Shown in pieces: positions 54,365 through 60,629 of a stretch of DNA of 60,629 nucleotides; positions within the stretch are counted from its first letter, which is position 1, and every line of letters starts with the position of its first letter. The position numbers were made by a program, and so were the translations under genes. The stretch covers positions 1 through 60,629 of the forward strand of contig JAVKID010000003.1 in the NCBI GenBank assembly GCA_031459655.1. Reading direction: 5' to 3'. Source of the stretch: Candidatus Fervidifonticultor octavus. GTDB lineage: Bacteria > Sysuimicrobiota > Sysuimicrobiia > Sysuimicrobiales > Humicultoraceae. The notes beneath the pieces were generated by a model that searched no databases, was not told the DNA's origin, and saw nothing but the letters and a program-made list of their open reading frames with translations.

Positions 54365-57300
54365 CTAGACCCACATGGGCACGATCTCACTGGCGGGTCG
54401 GCCGTGGTTGGGATCGTTGCCGTCCGCGATGCGCTCGGCGTACGCGTCCCCGCCGTTGCCGAAGATCACCTCGTCGAAGAAGCCGACGAAGTGGAAGACG
54501 CTGCCGAACGCAGCCAGGTTCAGCGTGTGCCCGGCCTCGTGCTCCATGTGCCCGTCAGTGGCATTCATGTCCACGAAGGCAAAGTTGCCCATGTTGAACG
54601 CCGTGTCCCAGGCGTTCAGGTTGCTCACCCATCCACCTTTGGTGAAGATCGTCCCGGTCTTCCAGTCGACACGCATCTCCTGGATCCGGAAGAACTCGGC
54701 GCGGAAGATCCACCACCCGATGGCATGCCCGATGGCGTTGACGACGAACATGATGAGCCCCATGCCCACGACCAGCCACGACATGGGCATCAGCCAGTTG
54801 GACCAGCCCAGGATCCCCTGGTAGACCTCGCTGTTGGCGATGGTGTCGAAGGCCGCCAGGAAGTTGATGACCCCCAGGGCGATGCCGAGCCCCACGCCCA
54901 CGGGGCCCAACAGCAGGCCAACGAGCGCCGCGGCGAAGACCATGTTGAGGCCCGCGTTCAGGCCGATCAGGAAGCCGCGCATGAACTCGCCGAAGCCGGT
55001 GCCCCGGGTCTCGCGGGCCAGGAGGTAGCCGGCCGTGACCAGGCCGATGAGGCCCACGATCGCCAGGATGCCCCAGCCGATCCCGGTGGCGAACGCGACG
55101 ATGACGACGGCGGCCACAACGACCCCCACGACCACGCCGACGATCGCCCCCACCACGCTCCAAAAGGACAGGCCATTGGGATCCACATTGTCCACCGGAT
55201 CGTTGGCCACATAGGCGTACAGGTGCAGGGTCCGCGGCTCGTCGGCCCCCTGCTCGGAGCGGTACAGGGTACAGGTGGAGGGGGTCGGGCGTGAGGAAGT
55301 GGCCGATCTCGGGCGCATACCCGCGGCGGCCCACCCGGTACAGCCCCGACTCGGCATCGAACTCGTGCAGGGCAAACATCCGGGAAGGCGCGGGGCCCTG
55401 GCGGCGGCGAACATTGCCAAAGGGGTAGTAGGCGATCTCGCTGATCCTGGCGCCGGCCTCATCGGTGAAGAACGCCGCGCTGCCGAGCCTGTCGGTGTGG
55501 ATGAACCGCGTCGCACCGCCGGCAGCCGATCTCGTCCACGAACCCCTCGATCCGGCGCACCATGCCGTTGAGGTCATAGCGGTACTCGACGCGCGCCCCA
55601 TCGGGATAGACCACCGCGGTCTGCTTGCCCAGCCCGTCGAACTCGAAGGCCAGGACCTGCGGCGCGGCCTCCCCGTCGAAGTGGTACTCCTGGCGGCTGA
55701 TCTGGCCGCGTCGGTTGTAGGTGAACCGCTGTCGGCCGCCGGGATAGAGGACCTCGGAGAGCCGTCCCCATCCTCCTGTGGCGACGTCATCGTAGGTGTA
55801 GCGCTCTCGTTCCGCGCCACCCTCGAGCAGCCGCGTGATGCGGCCGGTGGCGTCGCGCTCCACGCTGATGTCGTGGCCGGCAGGATCCAGGGTGCGGACG
55901 ACCTGCGCGGTCGCATCGTACCAGAGGAACCGCCGCCCCGCGTCACGGTGGTTGATCTCGATCCGGTTCCCGCGGCGGTCATACCGGTAGGTCGCGACCG
56001 TGCCGGCCCCGTCCTCCAGGGCGAGCAGTTCACCCAGGGGGTCCAGGCCGTACCGGGTGACCACCTCGCGGCCCTCGCCGGCCCGCTCGATCACCGCGGT
56101 GCGCCGGTTCATGGCGTCGAGGGTCTCGCGCCGGGGCGTGTCAAACTGGCCCCGCGCCCGGTTGGCGGCCGAGCCGTCGGTGTCGTTGGCGTCGAACCGG
56201 ACGATCTCGAAGGGCGCATACCGGACCGTGGAGATGCCGCCGTTGTAGTTCACGGTCCGCACCGGACGCCCTTCGCCGTCGTGGGCGACCCTGCGCGAGG
56301 GCCGGCCGGCTAGGTCGGGAAGGCCAAAGTCCAGGGTGGTCCCCAGCGTGGGCTCGTACTCGGCCCGGGTCTGCCACCAGGGGTTCCGCTCGATCCAGCC
56401 GCTGACGACGACCTCGCCGGGCCGCCGCTCGACCCGCTTCTGGATCACCTCTTCGGTCCCGTCGAAGTACGTAGCGGTCCGCAGCCGCGCCCCGGGACCG
56501 ATGCGGTAGCTCGCACGTTGGACGCCGGGGAGGGCCGCGTCGTCGTATTCGTAGGTGCGGGTCGGGTCATCCAGCGTGTCGCCGCCCAGCGCGACCGCCC
56601 GCAGGCGGCCCAGCCCGTCGTCGCGATCTCCACGGCATTCCCATCCGGAGGGGTGATGCGGGTCGGCCGCGCGGTCCCCGGGTCGTAGTCGATCCTGGTC
56701 TCCCCGAGCGCGTCGGTCCGGGTCACGCGCACGAGCTCGGCCGGATCGTAGGTGTAGGACACGAGGTTCCCCAACGGGTCCATCTCGGCGGCGAGGCTCC
56801 CGCGCGCCGTGTACCGGAAGCGCTTGTTCTGGAGAAAGACGGCCGGCCGGCCATCGGCGTCCGAGCCGCGGGTGTAGCCCAGCGCCGCGGTGTCCATCCC
56901 CGCATAGTGCGCATCGAAGTCGGCCGCCGCCCATACCAAGTGTTCCTCCCGCGCCAGCAGGCCGCGGTCCGCCTGCCCCAGCGGCAGCCCCTGGAAGTCG
57001 GGGCCGCAGCCGCAACCGGGCCTTGAGCACCAGCGAGATAACCGCGGGGTTCTCGTCGGCTCCCCACGGCCGGAGGGCGCCGGCGATGTTCAGGACCCGC
57101 TGCCGCATGGGCCGCGCCGAAGGCGGCTGCGTCGCTGCGCGCCCGACGGTAGAGGTGATCGCCCCAGTCCAGATAGAGCTCGGCCAGCCTCAACCACAGG
57201 CGCACGGCTTCGGCGGTGCGGTTGACGTACGGGTACGGCAGGACGCCGAGGTACTCCGCCTCCGCCTGCTCGTAGGCCCCCATGGCCGCCAGGCAGTCGC

Positions 57301-57469
57301 CGATGGCCATCGGGAGGATGAAGAAGTAGAGGTGGGGCAGGTAGGCGACCATCGCCGAATGATGCTGGCGCTGGCCGTCCAGTAGGAGCACGTCGGTGGA
57401 GTCCATGCGCCGCTCGTAGAACTGCCGGAGGCTGGCGGCGAGGTCTCCGGCCAGGGGGATGGTGGTCAT
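54365..57469 (-). pseudogene. RHS/YD-repeat polymorphic-toxin gene, fragmented over three frames (5 frame changes)
   Basis: YD repeats: RFRYTARGSLAAEMDPLGNLVSYTYD, TVATYRYDRRGNRIEINHRDAGRRFLWYD, RERYTYDD, FTYNRRGQISRQEY, VEYRYDLNGMVRRIEG. The core end is FIHTDRLGSAAFFTDEAGARISEIAYYPFG...FDAESGLYRVGRRGYAPEIGHFLTPDP...LHLYAYVANDPVDNVDPNGL. The reading frame changes near 57105, 57015, 56625, 55525 and 55262-55275. Confidence 0.75.
55262..55275. repeat. 7-bp tandem duplication (GTACAGG x2 on the plus strand, CCTGTAC x2 in gene sense) causing the last RHS frameshift
   Basis: Read directly as gGTACAGGGTACAGGtgg. Removing one copy joins ..GHFLTPDPLHLY to RSEQGADEPRTLHLYAYVANDPVDNVDPNGL in frame. 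Confidence 0.8.
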
Positions 57470-58494
57470 CCCCGGTCTCCGAGGATGGTGAGGCGGCGGG
57501 AGCGGGTGGCTTCCGCGAGGAACGCCCCTGCGCGCAGTGGCGCCTCGGCGACGGGATTCCCTCCCGGCGCCAGACGGTCCGGGGTATCCGACATCGCCCC
57601 CAGACCCGGGATGAGCGCGCGCGAAGCGCCCACCACCCGTAGCCCGCCGGCCGGAGAGCGCACCTCCAGCCGACGGACCGGCACCTGGGGTGTGAACCCG
57701 CGCTTTCCGACGAACTTCTCGGTGGCTCGCAGGGTGCGCTTGTGGTCGGCCTCGAGGCCGGCGCGGCGCTGCAGGTCAGCGGCAAGTGTCATGGCGCCCA
57801 GGGCGGCTTCGTCCATGCCGGCCTTCCGGAACAGCGTGCCGCTCTCCTTGGCCGCTTCGATCGCCGCCGGGAGATCGCCGACCTTGTCGTGGAGAATCGC
57901 CAGGTCGTGGGCCACGGCGGCCCGGGCGGTAGCGGCCTGACGCGGCACGAGGTTGGTGGCCTCGACATAGAACCCCCGAGCTTCGGCCCAGCGCCCGGCC
58001 GCCGCCGCGACTTCACCCTTGTGAACCAGGTCTGCAATCCTCCCACCCGCAGCGTCGAACAGCCCCATCTCGGCGAACGGCGCGATCTGCGCCGCCACGC
58101 CATCGGGCACGACGCCGGGCCCGCCGGTGAGATCGGGTGGGATGTCGCTCCGGGGCGGCGGCGTTTTCAGCAGGACCTTCGCGGTCATCGCGAACATCGG
58201 CGCCACCAGCCTGACCGCGTCGATCTTGGACCCGTCGACAAACGGGCCGGTCGCCGGTGGGAGCGAGGGGTGCGCCAGACTCAGGATGAACCCCCGCAGA
58301 CTCCGGTAGGCGTGCAGCGCCAGCCCGAACTCCTCGCGGTGCAGGTAGGCGTGCGCCTGGGCCAGGTGCTGCTGCACCTGCCGCTCGAATTCGCTCTCGG
58401 GCTCCCGGATCTCGTAGTCGAAGGCGCCGACGAGCCTGGTCCGAAGATCGGGGACATGCGTGTAGAGGTTCTCGATGAGGTACCTGGGGGGCAT
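57466..58494 (-). CDS. hypothetical protein translationally coupled to the RHS gene
   Basis: 342-aa intact ORF. GGGAGGGAG upstream of ATG 58492-58494. Its stop overlaps the RHS start (ATGA). Helical-repeat-like segments (HLAQAHAYLHREEFGLALHAYRSLRGFI). No family recognised. Confidence 0.6.
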   Translation of the reverse strand: MPPRYLIENLYTHVPDLRTRLVGAFDYEIREPESEFERQVQQHLAQAHAYLHREEFGLALHAYRSLRGFILSLAHPSLPPATGPFVDGSKIDAVRLVAPMFAMTAKVLLKTPPPRSDIPPDLTGGPGVVPDGVAAQIAPFAEMGLFDAAGGRIADLVHKGEVAAAAGRWAEARGFYVEATNLVPRQAATARAAVAHDLAILHDKVGDLPAAIEAAKESGTLFRKAGMDEAALGAMTLAADLQRRAGLEADHKRTLRATEKFVGKRGFTPQVPVRRLEVRSPAGGLRVVGASRALIPGLGAMSDTPDRLAPGGNPVAEAPLRAGAFLAEATRSRRLTILGDRG

Positions 58495-58731
58495 ATCGGT
58501 CTCCCTCCCGTCCCAGAATCGGATCTACGGTGAGAGCAGGCGAACGCGTGCCGTGAAACGCTGGCCAGGGCAGGACGTCGCCACATCCTTGGAGGGTCGC
58601 CACTCCTCCTGCTCTTCTCGATTCGATCTCCGGTTACGCATCGGCTGGAATGCCCTGCTGCGAACGTCTCGGCCAAGGGAGGCACGCCTGTCTGGAGCTG
58701 GTGCCGGCGGTGAAATGCGGGAAGAGCGACC

Positions 58732-58807
58732 TGGTGGGCCCTGAGGGACTCGAACCCCCGACGCGCGGGTTAAAAGCCCGCCGCTCTGCCCGCTGAGCTA
58801 AGGGCCC
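58732..58807 (-). tRNA. tRNA-Lys (anticodon UUU), CCA encoded
   Basis: The minus strand reads GGGCCCUUAGCUCAGCGGGCAGAGCGGCGGGCUUUUAACCCGCGCGUCGGGGGUUCGAGUCCCUCAGGGCCCACCA. 7-bp acceptor stem GGGCCCU/AGGGCCC, anticodon stem GCGGG/CCCGC with loop CUUUUAA, T-arm GGGGG-UUCGAGU-CCCUC. Confidence 0.9.
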
Positions 58808-58869
58808 GCGCCTGAGGCAGTCGCACCGGCACACAGTATACCATGGCCTCGGCGCCAGCACCCATTCGT

Positions 58870-59937
58870 TCACACGCGGGCCTTGCCCGCCACCGCCCCC
58901 TCGGGCTGAAGCAGTTGCACACCGGCGGTCTGGCGCCACCAGGCGATGATCTCCCGCACCACCACCACCACCGGCACCGCGAAGAACATCCCGATGACGC
59001 CGAAGAGCTGGGCCAGCGCCAGCAGCGCCACGATGATGGCCAGCGGGTGCGTGCGGGTGAAGCGCCCCAGGATCAACGGCACCATGACGTTGACGGCCAC
59101 CTTCACGACCGTCACCACCAGCATCGCCCAGGCCCACTCGGACCCGCCCCTGGGCACGGCGGCTAACAGGGCCACGCCGTAGGTGGCAAATCCGCCGACA
59201 TACGGAATCGCCTCCGCGACCCCGCCGAAGATGCCGATGGCCCATGCCCCGGGCACGCCGACGATGGCCAGGCCCACGGCCGTCATGACGCTCACGATGG
59301 CACTGACGACAACCTGCGCCCACAGCCCCCAGCGCAGGGTGGCCGTGAGGGTTCCCAGCAAGTCCGCGATACGCGTCCGATGCGGCTCGCGAATCAAAGA
59401 CAGGATCGTCTCCCGCACCGAGCGGTAGTCGAGCAGGACGAAGTAGATGACGAACGGCAGCAGCAACAGCAGGTAGATCTGGCCGATGCTCCTGACAGCC
59501 AAGTTGACGGTGCGGGTGACCACGCTGTTGGCGGCGGTGACGGCAGCCTCGCCCGCCCGCTCCCACGCAGCCCGCAGCAGCCCGGGGAAGGTCGGCTCGT
59601 CCACCCGGGCCTGCCAGGTGGTCAGGACCTCCGCCACCGCCCTGATCCCGCGGGGCGTGAGGTCCAGCAAGATCTGCACCTGTCCCATGACCCAGGGGAA
59701 GACGCCGACGACCCCCAGCCCCAGGATCGCGATCAGAACCACCAGCGTGAGGCCGGCGGCGATACTGCGCGAGAGACGCGCCCGCTCCTCGAGCCAGTCC
59801 ACCACGGGGTAGATCGGGAAGGTAACGATGCCCACGATGACGGCCATGACGGCCAGCGTGCTGAACCGCTGCAGGATCCACAGTGCCGCCAGCACGCCGG
59901 CAGCCCCCAGGGCCAGACGCGACCAGGGGCGGTCCAT
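58870..59937 (-). CDS. AI-2E family transporter (PerM/UPF0118)
   Basis: 355 aa, 7-8 TMS, with the C-terminal block GVAEAIPYVGGF...PLAIIVALLALAQLFGVIGMFFAVP. Confidence 0.9.
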   Translation of the reverse strand: MDRPWSRLALGAAGVLAALWILQRFSTLAVMAVIVGIVTFPIYPVVDWLEERARLSRSIAAGLTLVVLIAILGLGVVGVFPWVMGQVQILLDLTPRGIRAVAEVLTTWQARVDEPTFPGLLRAAWERAGEAAVTAANSVVTRTVNLAVRSIGQIYLLLLLPFVIYFVLLDYRSVRETILSLIREPHRTRIADLLGTLTATLRWGLWAQVVVSAIVSVMTAVGLAIVGVPGAWAIGIFGGVAEAIPYVGGFATYGVALLAAVPRGGSEWAWAMLVVTVVKVAVNVMVPLILGRFTRTHPLAIIVALLALAQLFGVIGMFFAVPVVVVVREIIAWWRQTAGVQLLQPEGAVAGKARV

Positions 59938-60048
59938 GGTCCCTTCAGTTCCCCGACCGGGCGCGCAATTCCCTCGTCGCTCGGGTCGCGGCCTGGCACG
60001 CTCCCCGACGAGTATCCCCCGCGCTGCCGGGCGCTCGCCGCCGCGGCA

Positions 60049-60077
60049 TTGAGCCCGCCGACACGTCGTGATATGAT
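60049..60077 (+). promoter_or_regulatory. sigma70-type promoter
   Basis: TTGAGC (60049-60054), exactly 17 nt, TATGAT (60072-60077); the best -35/-10 pair I found in the window. About 210 nt upstream of ATG 60298. Confidence 0.5.
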
Positions 60078-60297
60078 GCGGGCGACATGGAGGACAGGTT
60101 GTCTATCCGAAAGGTCCTGTCACCGTCTGCTCCACGCCCGCGGAACTGCATCTGTCCCCGGGCGGAGGCCTAGCGGCCTTCGCCTTCCGTCCGGCGCGGG
60201 CCGGACACCTGCTGTTGAGAATCGACACTGTTTCGCGGCCCGCTGCGGCGTCGGTAACTGTGTCGCCCGCGCCGCGGGCCAGGGGGGACGGATCCAG

Positions 60298-60629
60298 ATG
60301 GATCACACAACGCCGATGTTGGGTATCCTTTACGAACACCCGGAGTGGTTCCGGCCCCTGTTTGGGGAGCTCGAGCGACGGGGGATCCCTTATGCGCGGA
60401 TTCTCGCCACCGCGCTGCACTTCGATCCCGCGCAGCGAGAGGCGCGGTATGCGCTGGTCCTCAATCGCATGAGCCCGTCGGCCTACCTGCGCGGGGGCGG
60501 CCATGCCATCTTCGCCGCGCTGGCGTACCTGCGCCACCTGGAGATGATGGGCGTCCCGGTGGTAAACGGCGCGGAAGCCTTCGGTCTCGAACTGTCCAAG
60601 GCGGCCCAGATCAGCCTGCTCGACCGCCT
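60298..60629 (+). CDS. ATP-grasp (RimK/glutathione-synthetase-like ligase) protein, 3' end cut by the window edge
   Basis: Not in the ORF track because no stop is reached. ATG 60298 reads MDHTTPMLGILYEHPEWFRPLFGELERRGIPYARI...ALVLNRMSPSAYLRGGGHAIFAALAYLRHLEMMGVPVVNGAEAF..SKAAQ. GGGGGGA lies upstream. Confidence 0.6.
   Translation, partial: MDHTTPMLGILYEHPEWFRPLFGELERRGIPYARILATALHFDPAQREARYALVLNRMSPSAYLRGGGHAIFAALAYLRHLEMMGVPVVNGAEAFGLELSKAAQISLLDR

Noticed and set aside
60087-60173. 28-codon ORF (MEDRLSIRKVLSPSAPRPRNCICPRAEA) as a leader peptide.
   Set aside because: It has no SD, would need leaderless initiation, and shows no run of regulatory codons. It is kept only as a remark inside the leader finding.
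1-60629. CRISPR arrays, rRNA genes, prophage or integron structures, and long direct or inverted repeats.
   Set aside because: I scanned by eye for regularly spaced repeats and found none. The only repeated non-coding element is the pair of GEMM-I aptamers, which are RNA-structure homologs rather than DNA repeats.

Overview
Very GC-rich (by eye about 70% G+C), densely coding bacterial chromosomal segment: about 55 protein genes, one tRNA, no rRNA, no CRISPR array. Genes have GGAGG-type ribosome-binding sites and many 4-nt ATGA/GTGA stop-start overlaps, so several operons can be read. These are a peptide-type ABC importer operon with attached oxidoreductase, PNPOx and M20 genes (617-6874, minus); MBL hydrolase / M19 dipeptidase / MFS (11677-15136, minus); guaB plus pterin dehydratase; and a string of M20 dipeptidase, PilZ, pyruvate:ferredoxin oxidoreductase, DHOD-like protein and ferritin (26418-33872, minus). 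Also present are an ADP-forming acetyl-CoA synthetase, a Lig1-type ATP-dependent DNA ligase, an NTPase plus endonuclease V, and cspA. Four things are unusual. (i) There are two copies of a c-di-GMP-I (GEMM-I) riboswitch, each with its own intrinsic terminator. One precedes a stand-alone HD-GYP gene (15209-15328, plus); the other precedes an operon of two paralogous uncharacterised secreted proteins (52226-52349, minus). Two paralogous tandem-PilZ proteins are also present. (ii) A decayed RHS/YD-repeat polymorphic-toxin locus lies next to tRNA-Lys, and its C-terminal tip is an unfamiliar multi-TM plus HExxH domain. (iii) Several pseudogenes carry lesions that can be placed to the nucleotide (a TTAA to TTAATTAA duplication in a DinB gene, a 7-bp tandem duplication in the RHS gene, in-frame TAGs, 1-nt indels), while all housekeeping genes are intact. 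(iv) An N-terminally truncated IS256/Mutator-type transposase ORF carries a proline-rich, membrane-anchored tail. All family assignments come from motif recognition by eye; no database search, covariance-model search or RNA folding program could be run.
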